Shown here: positions 50,920-63,136 of the stretch, piece by piece | How the letters are laid out: every line of letters begins with the position of its first letter | How positions within the stretch are numbered: the stretch's first letter is position 1 | Assembly: GCF_963921235.1 (NCBI RefSeq) | Contig: NC_086098.1 | Span: forward strand, 2,604,001 to 2,668,000 | Length of the DNA: 64,000 nucleotides | DNA from: Mobula hypostoma | Lineage: Eukaryota | Direction of reading: 5' to 3' | The notes under the pieces: model-generated | The model's input: only the letters and a program-made list of their open reading frames with translations | The model's database searches: none | Told to the model about the DNA's origin: nothing | Made by a program: the position numbers and the translations under genes

Positions 50920-53900
50920 ATCTATGCCTCTCATAATCTTGTAGACCTCTGTCAAGTCCCCTTTCATCCTTCTACATCCAAAGAGAGAAGTCCCAGCTCT
51001 GCTTACCTTGCCTCATAAGACTTGTTTTCCAATCCAGGCAACATCCTGGTAAATCTCCTCTGCACCCTCTCCATAGCTTCCTATAATGAGGTGACCAGAA
51101 CTGAACACAACTCTCTAAGTATGGTCTCACCAGAGATTTGTAGAGTTGCAACATGACCTCTCTACTCTTGAACTCAATCCCCGTATTAATGAAGCCTAGC
51201 ATCCCATAGGCCTTCTTAGCTATCCTATCAACCTGCGCAGCAACCTTGAGGGATGTATGGATCTGAACCCCAAGGTCCTTCTGTTCATCCACACTCTTAA
51301 GTAATCGACTATTAACCCCATACTCAGCCTTTTGGTTTGTCCTTCCAAAATGCATCACCTCACAATTATCCGGATTGAACTCCATCTGCCACTGTTCTGG
51401 CCAACTCTGCATTCTGTCTATATCCTCCTGTAACCTTTGATAACCTACAGCTCCATCCACAACTCCTCCAATCTTCGTGTCATCCGCAAACTTACTCACC
51501 CATCCTTCCGCCTCTTCATCAGGTCATTTATAAAAATCACAAAGAGCAGGGGTCCCCGGACAGATCCTTGCAGCATCCACTAGGCACCGACCTCCAGGCA
51601 GAATACTTTCCTTCCACTACTACCCTCTGCTTTCTTCCTGTCAGCCAATTTTTTATCCAAACAGCCAAAGTTCCACTGATCCCATGCCTCCTGACTTTCT
51701 GGATGAGTCTTTCATGGGGGACCTTGTCAAATGCCTTGTAGACCACATCTACCACCCTACTCTCATCAATTTCTTTTGTTACCTCTTCAAAAAACTCAAT
51801 TAGGCTCGTGAGGCACGACCTTCCCTTCACAAAGCCATGTTGACTATCCTTGAGTAGACTGTACTTCTCCAAGTGCTCGTAGATCCTATCCTTAAGAATC
51901 CTTTCCAATAGTTTGCAGACCACCAATGTAAGACTCACCGGTCTATAGTTCCCAGGATTCTCCCTATTACCTTTTTTGAACAAGGGAACTACATTTGCCA
52001 TTCTCCAATCCTCCAGCACCTCCCCTGCAGCCAAAGAGGATTCAAAGATCATAGCTACTGCTCCAGCGATCTCTTCTCTCACTTCCCACAGCAACCTGGG
52101 GTATATCACGTCGGGACCTGGGGACTTATCAATTTTGATGTTTTTAAAAAGATCCAACACTTCTTCTTCCTTAATCTCCACATTGTCCTGCACACAGGCC
52201 TGTTCTATTTCGACCTCACCCTGATCAGGGTCCTTTTCACATGTGAATACTGAAGCAAAGTATTTATTTTGGACTCCCCAACCTCCTCTGCCTCCAGGCA
52301 CATGTTGCTTTCTTTATCCTTTAGAGGCCCCACTTTCATTCTTTTAATCCTTCTGTTCTTCACATACGCATAGAACGCCTTGGGGTTCTCCTTAATCCTA
52401 CATGCCAAGGCCTTCTCATGCCCCCTTCGATCTCTCCTAAGTCCTTTCTTAAATTCCTTCCTGGCTACCCTATATTTCTCATGAGCCCCTCCTGCTTCCT
52501 GCTTCTTATATCTAACATATGCTTCCTTCTTCCTCTTGACGAGTTGCCTCACGTGTTTTGTCAGCCACGGTTCCCTTTTCCTACCATTTTTTCCTTGTCT
52601 CAGTAGGACAAACCTATCCTGAACCCAGCACAAGTGATCCCTAAGCTTCCTCCACATTACTTCTGTGCTTTCACCCTTGAATATCTGTTTCCAATTTACT
52701 CTCGCTAGTTCCTGCCTCATCCCTTCATAGTTAGCCCTTCCCCAGTTAAGCACTTTCCCATTTTGTCTGTTTTTATCCTTTTCCATAGCTATGCTGAAGC
52801 TAAGGGAGCTGTGGTCACTCTCACTAAAATGCTCCCCCACCAAGACGTCTGCTACCTGACCAGGTTCATTACCCAGAACTAGATCCAGTATGGCCTCTCC
52901 TCTCGTCGGCCAGTCCACATACTGTGTCAGGAATCCTTCTTGAACACACCTGACAAAGTCAGCCCCATCTATCCCCCTTGCAGTCAGGAGGTGCCAGTCA
53001 ATATCAGGGAAGTTGAAATCACCCATAACTATAATCCTGTATTTCCTGCACCATTCTAAAATCTGCCTGCTTATCTGCTCCTCGGTTCCCGAGGGCTATT
53101 TGGGGGCCTATAGACTACTCCCAGCACAGTGATTGATCCCGTCCTATTTTTGACTTCCACCCACACCGATTCAGTGGACACTCCCTCTGCAGCGTCCTCC
53201 CTTTCTATATCCATGATACTATCCCTGACCAGTAATGCTACTCCCCCTCTTTTCTACCTCCCATCCTATTCACTTTAAAACACCTAAACCCCAGTACCTG
53301 CATCAGCCAATCCTGCCCTTCCTCCAGCCAAGTTTCAGTAACGGCCACAACATCGTAGTTCCACGTATTGATCCATGCTCTAAGTTCATCCCCTTTATTC
53401 CTAATACTCGTAGCGTTGAAATGGACACATTTCAACCCCTCTAACTGGCTACATTTATGTTTTGTCCCTGCCTGTCCTTCTTCACCAACTCAGAACACAC
53501 AGCATCATGCCCTTGTCCTTCTACCCTAATCTCTGCACTCACATTCTGATTCCCACCCCCCCCCCGCCAAACTAGTTTAAACCCTCCCCAACAGCTCTAG
53601 CAAACCTGCCCGCCAAGATATTGGTCCCTTTCCAGTTCAGGTGCAGCCTGTCTTTTTTGCACAGGTCAGACCTTCCCCAGAAGAGATCCCAATGATCCAG
53701 AAATCTGAACCCCTGCCTCCTGCACTAACTCTTCAGCCACACATTCATCTGCCATAACTTCCTGTTCCTACCCTCTCTGTCTCGTGGCACAGGCAGCAAT
53801 CCCGAGATTACCATCCTTGAGGTCCTTGCTTTTTAATTCCTTTCCTAACTCCCTATATTCCTTCTTCAGGACCTCATCCCTACTCCTATCTATGTCATTG

Positions 53901-53942
53901 GGCCCCACGTGGACCACGACATCTGGTTGCTCACTCTCTCTC
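50920..53942 (-). mobile_element. CR1 (ORF1 3' part, APE, RT) inserted in Gypsy gag
   Basis: VVHVGPND, HFNATSIRNK, GDFNFP, KFADDTK; frameshifted; lacks 3' tail. Confidence 0.9.
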
Positions 53943-54217
53943 CTCACCCTCATCAAACTGCTTCGTAGATATATAGTGCTCAACTATTTTCCTCTGAATC
54001 CCTGACTTTTTCATATCCCGCTTTACCTCTGTAAGGTTCAGCTCATTAGCAATGGCCAACAATTCATCCTTTTTGGCATCCCCTAATGCGTTAGGGGTTG
54101 GCGATGCCAGAAATGCCCCAATATCCATGGCTGCTGCTTTCCCACACAAGTCAATCAAAAGCGTAGTAGCCAATGAGATCGATAATCAATCAATCAATAA
54201 GCTCCAATTTTGTTCAT

Positions 54218-54234
54218 ATCCCGGACAAGCCCCA
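54218..54234 (-). promoter_or_regulatory. Primer-binding site, tRNA-Pro type
   Basis: TGGGGCTTGTCCGGGAT versus canonical PBS-Pro TGGGGGCTCGTCCGGGAT. Confidence 0.8.
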
Positions 54235-54238
54235 ATTT

Positions 54239-55026
54239 TGTTACGATTTCATAACGAACCAGCAGCAAGAGATGACAAATTGAGTCGGGTTTTAATATTA
54301 AAACTGTTATACTTATTTACATCTGCTGAAAAATATAGAAAGTTAAATAAACTACTTTCTTAAACAGAAGTTAACAGTGTTATGCGTCTATAGCTTCCTT
54401 ACACCCTTACACTCAAACTTAGAACCCGTTCTTAACAAATCATACTCAAGCACAGTCTTAAAGTGGCAGTTCAGAGAGTCCCAGTAATTCACAAAATAGG
54501 TGAGAGGAGAGACTTGCGGATTCACAATGCAGTGACGAGGTGATCATGATGAATTCCAAAGATTCCACAGCTAGCGAACAAAGAAACGGTTACCGAAGAT
54601 CCCAGCCGAAAGGATACTGTTCCGAAGTCCATGAAGAGTGATTTCACAAAGTGACTGTCACGAAATCCACACCCATAGATCATACAAAGGACAGACACGT
54701 CTCCACAATGCACAGTGGGCCGCTGATTAACCCAATCCTTTGGGAATGGGTAAGCATTAGACTTTACCCTTCCTGATCGTGAGTTGTTCCCGGATAGCTC
54801 CAAAACTGCAATCTTCACTCTCTCTCTCTTTCTCTCTCTCTCTCTTTCCTTCAACTACTTCTCAGCACTAAACCCACATTTCTTTTATACCGTCGGCATA
54901 TATCATCAGGTAACGGTCACAGAAACAAAACTGCGGACTCCCAGAAAAACGAAACTGGGGACACGTGACGCCGACAGTAAACGAAACTATGGACTCCCAG
55001 GAAATCAAAACTGTGCACATGTAACA
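54239..55026 (-). repeat. 5' LTR
   Basis: Direct repeat of 46052-46819 with substitutions and indels. Confidence 0.92.
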
Positions 55027-56531
55027 GAATAGACAGGAGATTCTGTGGATGTGAACGGGATATCCAGATAGTATGTTGCCTCCTAGGTGCCAGGATCAGG
55101 GACATCTCAGATCGTGTCCATAACATTTTGGAGAGGGAGGGGAAGCAGACAGATGTCCTGGTACATAATGGTAGCAATGACATAGGTAGTAATTTCTGGA
55201 TTCCTGTCTGTGCCACGCATCAGTGAGGGTAGAAACAAGATGCTTTGGCAGGTAAATCTGTCGCTGAGAAACTGGTGCAGGGGGCAGGGCTTCAGGTTCT
55301 TGGATCACTGGGATCTCTTCTGGGGGAGGTATGACCTCTTCAAAAGTGAGGGGTTGCTCCTGAACCTGAGGGGGACCAATATTTTCATTGGCAGGTTTGT
55401 TAAAGCTGTTGGGGAGGGCTTAAACTAATTTGGCAGGGGGTGGAAACCAAAGTGAAAGGACTCAGGATAGGACAGATGATGAAAAAGTAAAGATAGCGTG
55501 CAGTCAGACTGTCAGGAAGGGCAGGCAGGCGATGGGACATAGTCACATTCAACAGGGTGCGTATCAGTACATTAGAAAGGCAAAATCAAAAAGGTTAGCA
55601 AATACTGTACTCAAGGTGATATATCTCAATTGGTGGAGAATAAGAAATAAGGTGGATGATCTCGTTGCACTTTTACAGATTGCCAGATATGATGTTGTGG
55701 CCATCACTGAATTGTAGCTGAAGAATGGTTGTAGTTGGGAGGTGAATATTCAAGGTTACATGTTGTATCAGAGGGATAGCAAGGTAAGCAGAGGAGGAGC
55801 TGTGGCTTTACTGGTAAAGAAATGACCTTTCAAAAATCTTTGGACTCTGGCATGGAAGATTGCAAATGTCACTCCACTCTTTAAGAAAGGAGGAAGGCAG
55901 CAGAAAGGAAATTATAGAGCAGTTAGCCTGACCTCAGTGGTTGGGAAGATGTTAGAGTCAATTGTTAATGATGAGGTGATGGAGTATTTGGTGACACAGG
56001 ACAGATAGTACAAAGTCATCATGGTTTCCATAACATAAAATCTTGCATGCCGAGCCTGTTGGAATTCTTTGAAGTGATTACAAGTAGGATGGATAAAGGG
56101 GATGCAGTCGATGTTCTATATTTGTACTTTCAAGGTGCCACACATGAGGCTGCTTACCAAGTTAACAGCCCATGGTATTTCAGGAAAGTTACTGAAATGG
56201 TTAGAGCATTGTCTGATTGGAAGAAGGCAGCGGGTGGGAATAAAAGGATCCTTGTCTGGTTGGCTGCCAGTGACTAGTTGTTTTCCACAGGGGTCAGTGT
56301 TGGGACCACTTCTTTTTATGTTGCATATAAATGTTTAGATGATGGAATAGATGGCTTTGTTGCCAAGTTTGCAGATGATACGAAGATTGGTGGAGGGGCA
56401 GGTAGTATTGAGGGAACAGGTAGCATGCAGACTGGGAGAATAAGCAAGAAAGTGGCAAATGAAATACAATGTTGGAAAATGCATGGTCATGCACTTGGTA
56501 GTACAAATAAATGTGAGCACTATTTTCTAAA

Positions 56532-56803
56532 GGAAAAAGGAAAGGTATGTCGCATCTGGAGTTTCACCGGTTAGCGGACGATTTCCCTCCACGCCTTTCT
56601 GACGTAGTGAGGAATCGCATATGCGGCAAGTTACAGCGGTGGTTTGCCATTGCCTTCTGCCAGGTGAGTTTCCAAAGAGATCACCAGCTCGTAGCTCAGC
56701 ACAGATGGAAAACGTGAAGGGGAGCCGGCTGGCTGGATTCGAACACGGGTTCTTTTGTCCCAAAGTCCGACGCTGATGCTACTACGCCCTCAGCGGGGTC
56801 CCC
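56532..56803 (-). mobile_element. tRNA-derived SINE with RTE/BovB-like tail (family Z), 12-bp TSD
   Basis: TSD ctattttctaaa at 56520-56531 and 56804-56815; GTTCGAATC B box; GAAGGCAATGGCAAACCAC motif. Confidence 0.85.
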
Positions 56804-58344
56804 CTATTTTCTAAAAGGGGAGAAAATCCAAAAATCTGAGATGCAAAAGGACTTGGGAGTCCTTGTGCAGAACACTCTAAAGTTTAATTTGCAGGTTGAG
56901 TCGATTGGGGGGAAGGCAAATGCCATGTTAGTATTCATTTCAAGCGGTCTAGAGTACAAGGGCAGGGATGTGATGCTGAGGCTTTATAAAGCACTGATGA
57001 GACCTCACCTTGAGTATTATGTACAGCTTTTCGCTTCTCATCTTGGAAGAGATGGGCTGGCAATGGAGAGTATCCAGAGGAGGTTCACAAGGATGATTCC
57101 AGGAATGAAATCATATGAGGAACGTTTGATGGCTCTGGGTCTGTACTCGCTGGAATTCAGGAGAATGAGGGGGGAACCTCATTGAAACCTTATGAATGTT
57201 GAAAGGCCTGGACAGAGTAGATGTGGAAAGGATACTTCCCATGGTGGGAGAGTCTAGGACAAGAGGGCACAGCCTCAGGATAGAGGAGCGTCCATTCAAA
57301 ACACAGATGTGGAGAAATTTCTTTATCCAGAGGGTGGTGAATTTGTGGAATTTGTTGCCACATGCAGCTGTGGAGGCCAGGTCATTGGGTGTATTTAAGG
57401 CAGAGATTGATAGGTTCTTGACTGGGCATGGCATCGAAGGTTACAGAGAGAAGGCCGGGAAATGTAGTTGCGGAAGCGAAAAAAAAAGATTGAATGGTGG
57501 AGTAGACTCAATGGGCCAAATAGCCTAATTCTGTTCCTATGTCTTATGGTCTTATGTCTTATAATGCTGAGCCTTCATGAGACACTAGTCAGGCTGCACT
57601 TGGAGTATCGTCAACAATTTTGGGCCCCATATCTCAGAAAGGATGTATTGTCATTGGAGAGAGTCCAGAAGAGGTTCACGAGGATGGTTCTGGGAATGAA
57701 GAGGTTAACATATGAGGAGTGTTTGGCAGCTTTGGGCCTGTACTCACTGGAATTTAGAAGAATGTGGGGGAATCTCATTGAAACCTACCAGATGTTTGAA
57801 GGACTAGATAGGATGCATGTGGAGAGGATGTTTCCTCTGGTAGGAGTATCCGGAACTGGAGGGCACAGCCTGAAAATTGAGGGGCGACCTTTTAGAACAG
57901 AGGTAAGGAGGAATTTTTTCAGCCTGAGAGTAGTGAATCCATGGAATTCTCTGCCACAGAATGTGGTGGAGGCCAAGTCCACGGGTATATTTAAGACGGA
58001 AGTTGATCATTTCCTGATTGGTCAGGGCAAAAAATGATATAGCGAGAAGCCAGGTGTATGGGGGTTCATTGGGATCTGAGATCAACCATGATGAAATTGC
58101 AGAGCAGACTTGATGGGCTGAATGGCCCAATTTTGCTCCTACGTCTTATGGGCTTATGAAATTGCAATGCCATCTTAGTAGTGCATCAGATGAAATAGGG
58201 GAGCTATTGGCCAGAGAGGAATTACTGTCAGAAGCCCAGACAATCACAATCATGAAGAAAGGCTCAACTTGCAAACACCATGGACACAGAGAATTCGTGA
58301 GCCAAGATTTGAACAATAAGCAAAGGTGTACTTGGGAAGTAGGA

Positions 58345-60450
58345 GGCCTTCAAAAGTGAAATATTGAGAGGATAGTATTTGTATGTTTCTGTCAGAGAAC
58401 TTTTGTTTCTGAGATATGTTGAGGCCCTGGTTAAGAAACTAAAGGGGGAGCATAGCAGGTTTAGGCAAATAAGAACAAATGAGGTGCTTGATGAGTATAA
58501 AAATTCAAGAGAACACTTAAGAAAGAAATCAGGAGGTTAACAGAAGACATGAGGTTGCTCTGGCAGGCAAGGTGAAGGCAAATGCTAAGGGATTCTACAG
58601 ATATGTTAAAAGCGAAAGGATAGCAAGAGACAAAATTTGTCCTCAGGAAGATGAGAATGGTAATCCATGCATGCAGCTGAAATTGAAGGGAGAGATATTA
58701 GATGGGCTTTTTTTGCATATATTTACTTGGGAGATGGACACAGAGACCATAGTTGTGAGGCAATGCAGCAGCAAAGTCATGGACCCAATACAGATTTCAA
58801 AGGGTTTGCTGTCTTCAGGCAAATTAGGGTGAACAAATCACCAGGGCCTGACAAGGTGTTGCCTCAGACCTCATGGGAGGCTAGTGTAGAAATTACAGGG
58901 AGATATTCTAGCAGAGATACTTAAAACATTGTTAGCCATAGGAGAGGTGGCGGAGGATTAGAGGATAGCTAATGTTTAAGACAGGCTCTATGAATAAGCC
59001 AGGAAATTATAGGCCAGTGAGCCTGACAGCAGTGCTGAGAAAGTCATTGGAAGGTATTCTAATGGAACAGATATATAAGTATTTGGATAGACAGGGTTTG
59101 TTTAGGGTTAGTCAACATGGTAAGTCACGCCCATCTGATGTTATAGAGTTTTTTGAGGAATTTATCAGAAAAGTTGATGAAGACATGGCAATGGATGTTG
59201 TCTACATGGTCTTTCCCAAGGTCTTTGACAAGGTGTCAGATGGGAGGTTGTTTAAGATGGTTCAGTTACTTGGCATTCAAGTTGAGGTAGTAAATTGGAT
59301 TAGACATTGGTTTTGTGGGAGAAGCCAGAGAGTAATAGTAAATGGTTGCTTCTCTGACTGGAGGCCTGTGACTAGTGGTGTACCACAGGGATCAGTGCTG
59401 GGGCTATTGTTGTTTGTCATCCATATCCATGATCTGGATGATAACGTGGTCGATATTTCGAGCCAAGATCCTTCATGAGTCCAGATAAATGTTCTCAACC
59501 CGAAATGTCGACTGTACTCTTTTCTATAGATTCTGCCGGCAGGCTGAGTTCCTCCAGCATTTTGCATGTGTTGCTTGGATTTCCAGCATCTGTAGATTTT
59601 CTCTTGTTTGTGGATGATAATGTGGATAACTGGATCAGCAAATTTGCAGATGACATCAAGGTTGGGGGTGTAGAGGACAGTGAGGAAGGCTATCAAAGCT
59701 TGCAATGGGATCTGCAGCAGCTGGAAAAATGGCTGAAGAGTGGCAGATGGAATTTAGTGCAGACAAATATGAGGTGTTGCATTTCAGTAGGATCAATGAG
59801 GGTGGGTCTTATACAATAAATGGTAGGGCACTGAGGAGAGTGGTGGAACAAAGGGATCTGGGAATAGAGTTCCACAATTAATTGAAAGTGATGTCACAGG
59901 TAGCTAGTGATGTAAAGAAATCTTCTGGCACATTGGCCTTCATGAATTAAAGTATTGTGTACAGAAGATGGGATGTTATGATGAATTTGTATAAGATGTT
60001 GGTGAGGCCTAACTTGGAGTATTTTGTGTGCAGTTTTGGTCACCTACCTATAGGAAAGATATAAATAAGATTGAAAGAGTGCAGAGAAATTCTACAAGGA
60101 TATTGCTTGAGGATGTGAATTATAGGGAAAGATTGAATAGACTAGAACTTTATTCTGTAGAATGTCGAAGATTGAGGGGAGATTCAGTCGGGGTTTCTAG
60201 AATTATTAGGGGTATAGATAGGGTATATGCAAGCAGGCTTTTTCCACTGAGTTTGGGTGAGACTACATCTAGAGGGCACGGATTAGTGGTGAAAGGTGAA
60301 AAGTTTGAGGAGAACATGAAGGGGAAACCTCTTCACTCAGAGGGTGATGAGATAGTGGAATGAGCTGCCAGTGAAAATGGTGGATGAGGGATTAATTTTA
60401 ACATTTAAGAGAAATTTGGATCAGTACATGGACGTGAGGGGTATGGAACC
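58345..60450 (+). mobile_element. Older CR1 ORF2, heavily decayed
   Basis: [34 protein letters not shown]. Confidence 0.88.
59450..59610. mobile_element. Penelope-type insertion with a short inverted piece and 15-bp TSD
   Basis: TSD tggatgataaYgtgg at 59435-59449 and 59611-59625; two opposed decayed hammerhead segments. Confidence 0.8.
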
Positions 60451-60614
60451 TTGTCTTAAATAGGTTGGATAGATTTTTGCATCGTAGGGGAATTAAGTGT
60501 TATAGGAAAAAGGCAGGCAGGTGGATAAGATAGAGGCAGCAAAATCGTTTCCACTGGTAGGTGAGACTATAACTATGGTACACAGTCTCAAGATTTGAAT
60601 GAGCAGATTTAGGA

Positions 60615-61345
60615 TACTTTATACTTGATACTTTATAATTTATTGTCACCAAACAATTGGTACTAGAACGTACAATCATCACCGTGATATTTGATTCTGC
60701 GCTTCCCACTCCCTGGATTACAAATATTAAATATTAAAAATATTAAAAATTAGTAAATATTAAAAATTTAAATTATAAATCATAAATAGAAAATAGAAAA
60801 ATGGAAAGTAAGGTAATAGTGCAAAAAAACCAAGAGGCAGATCCGGATATTTGGAAGGTACGGCCCAGATCCGGGTCAGGATCCGTTCAGCAGTCTTATC
60901 ACGGTTGGAAAGAAGCTGTTCCCAAATCTGGCCGTACGAGTCTTCAAGCTCCTGAGCCTTCTCCCGGAGGGAAGAGGGACAAAAAGTGTGTTGGCTGGGT
61001 GGGTCTTGTCCTTGATTATCCTGGCAGCACTGCTCCGACAGCGTGCGGTGTAAAGTGAGTCCAAGGATGGAAGATTGGTTTGTGTGATGTGCTGGGCCGT
61101 GTTCACGATCTTCTGCAGCTTCTTTTGGTCTTGGACAGGACAACTGCCATACCAGGTTGTGATGCACCCTAGAAGAATGCTTTCTACAGTGCATCTATAA
61201 AAATTAGGGAGGGTTTTAGGGGACAGGCCAAATTTCATTAGTTTTCTCAGGAAGTAAAAGCGCTGTTGGGCCTTCTTGGCAGTGAACTCTGCTTGGCTGG
61301 ACCAAGTCAGGTCATTTGTGATATTGATCCCAAGGAAGTTAAAGC
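60615..61345 (-). mobile_element. Rex1/Babar-type LINE 3' part, well preserved, inside a CR1 3' fragment (~60455-61595)
   Basis: ORF 60876-61238 (FYRCTVESILLGCITTWYG..RTARFGNSFFP). Confidence 0.9.
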
Positions 61346-61730
61346 TGATGAGGAAGAAATGCCTTTCTCAGAAAGTGGTGAATCTATGGAATTCTCTGCT
61401 CAACAAAGCAATGGAGGCTACCTCAATAAGTATATTTAAGACAAGGCATAGTAAGGGAATTAAGAGTTATGGCAAAAGGCGGGCCAGTGGAGATGAGTCC
61501 ATGGTCAGATCAGCCATGATCTTATTGAATAGTGGAGCAGGCTTGATGGGCCAGATGGCCTAATTCTGCTCCTGTTTCTTATGTTCTTATGTTGATTCAC
61601 TCAGATTCGTTCTCACAACATTTATCCAAATCACCCTTGGATTCTCTTACAGCTTAAACATGCTTAAACATATGGAGGAGAGATGAATTTATGAAACATT
61701 AAAAAAACAACTTACTATATTTTTCCTCAG

Positions 61731-61808
61731 GTCGAGATTAGTGGGATTAACACCTAAAGAGACGAAGAGAAAGGAAGAAATGGATAAGTTGTTTCACGAC
61801 ATGAAATG
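61731..61808 (+). CDS. Candidate internal coding exon (78 bp, phase 2-2) of an unidentified host gene: SRLVGLTPKETKRKEEMDKLFHDMK
   Basis: Acceptor atttttcctcag, donor gtatac, only one open frame, unique sequence, purine-rich. Confidence 0.6.
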
Positions 61809-62149
61809 GTATACTTCTTAAACCAAAATAAATGATATGTGACAGACCACATTAGCTATGAAGTAATAGAGGTCTTGCTCTCAACTTCACTACTTTTAAA
61901 TTTTGAAATAAGGTGATCCTAGTTGCATCATCCTTTCTGCAATGCATACTGTACTTCCACTAACAATATAACAAACTATTTCCAAATGTCATATTTATGA
62001 AGCAGTGCGAGCAAAGAAGTTTATCTTGCTGTTGGAGTTATTTCTCCCCTTGTCTTGAGTCATAGTTTTGTTCTGCTCAACTTTGTCTCCTTCAGAGCCC
62101 TTTGAATTAAGTTCAGTTAAATTCTGGGTCTTGAAGGCAAGACAAACCT

Positions 62150-62460
62150 AAAATGACCTTTTCTCATTACCACCACCAAGGAGGAGGTACAGAAGCCTGA
62201 AGACATCTCTCAATGATTCAGGAACAGCTTTTCTCTCTCTACCATCAGATTTCTGAACAGTTCATGAACCCATGAACCCTACCTTGCTATTTTGCTCGCA
62301 TTTTGTATTATCAATTTATCTATCAATCTCTCGAAATATTGTTCTAGTTGTACCTCAAATTAATGTTTTATGTCTTGCACTGTACTGCTGCTGCAAAACA
62401 ACAAATTTCATGACATGTGTCACAAACAATAATAATAATAATAAACCTGATTCTGATTGT
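62150..62460 (+). mobile_element. Rex1/Babar-type 3' fragment
   Basis: FRNSF-type end; aataaacctgattctgatt tail. Confidence 0.75.
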
Positions 62461-62658
62461 GATGACATCTGTACTTCAGAATACAGGTTAAAGCATGATT
62501 TTATATTAGGCTTGATGGGGTAGAAACTCAGTTCAACATGCTTCATCAAGAAGAGGAAAACTTAGATCTTTCCCCACAAACAATGATGGAAAGGAATTTA
62601 TTGCCGGCTCCACAATTTCCCATTTCATTTGCCTTTCTGCTTTCCTTGTTTTTTTCAG

Positions 62659-62680
62659 GAAGTCATGCAAGCAAATGTGA
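62659..62680 (+). CDS. Candidate terminal coding exon (coding part): (W)KSCKQM*
   Basis: ~40-nt polypyrimidine tract ending ttttttcag; phase-compatible with 61731-61808; TGA at 62678-62680. Confidence 0.5.
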
Positions 62681-62727
62681 ATTCAAAAAGACTCCACAGC
62701 CATCTCACTGAAATTAATTGCTGTGAT

Positions 62728-63097
62728 ACATTACTTTGCAAAAGTCTTAGGTATCCAAGATTTTTATCTGGTTTCAGATGGTGTGGCCTCCACAGAGCCC
62801 TGACCTCAAGACAGAAGCAAGTGAGACAGCCAAAGAAGATCAGTGACAAGTATTCCAAGATGCTTGGAACAACGGACCAGTTGATTTTGTTATAAACCGA
62901 CATGAGAGTGTGCTGAAAAGAATTGATGCAGTTTTAGAAGCAAAGGGTGGTCACACCAAGTATTGATTTGATTTAGCTTTTACTATTTACTGCTCTTTAT
63001 AGTATTTCTTAATATTTAGAAACTTTTCATTCATTATTTTCGAAAGCATCTTTGCTTTACAGTTTTTTTACATGTCCAAAACTTTTACACAGTACTT
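62728..63097 (+). mobile_element. Internally deleted Tc1 element (second family)
   Basis: WPPQSPDL and AVLEAKGGHTKY* motifs; imperfect TIRs actttgcaaaagtcttagg / ccaaaacttttacacagt. Confidence 0.8.
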
Positions 63098-63136
63098 ACT
63101 GTATGTGCCTATCCAAAGAAAAAGATAAGTTTTATT

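Larger units (their letters stand above)
46052..55026 (-). mobile_element. Gypsy/Ty3 LTR retrotransposon, Gmr1-like, RT deleted
   Basis: TG..CA LTRs, gaat TSD (46048-46051, 55027-55030), gag, protease DTG, integrase then RNase H remnant. Confidence 0.92.
45428..57559 (+). mobile_element. Inner CR1 (ORF1 45600-46047 and 55031-55428; ORF2 with deleted middle; 3' tail)
   Basis: VIEDSIVRG|IDRRFCG rejoined across the LTR element; (TCTTATGG)n tail at ~57540-57559. Confidence 0.85.
43795..58157 (+). mobile_element. Outer CR1 (43795-~45427 plus ~57560-58157) hosting a nested cluster
   Basis: RT sequence ..aaaagcatggagat joins aatgctgagc.. at ~57561. Confidence 0.8.

Noticed and set aside
62629..62895. 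88-aa ORF spanning the acceptor region
   Set aside because: Starts in the polypyrimidine tract and runs into Tc1 sequence; the spliced frame is the better explanation
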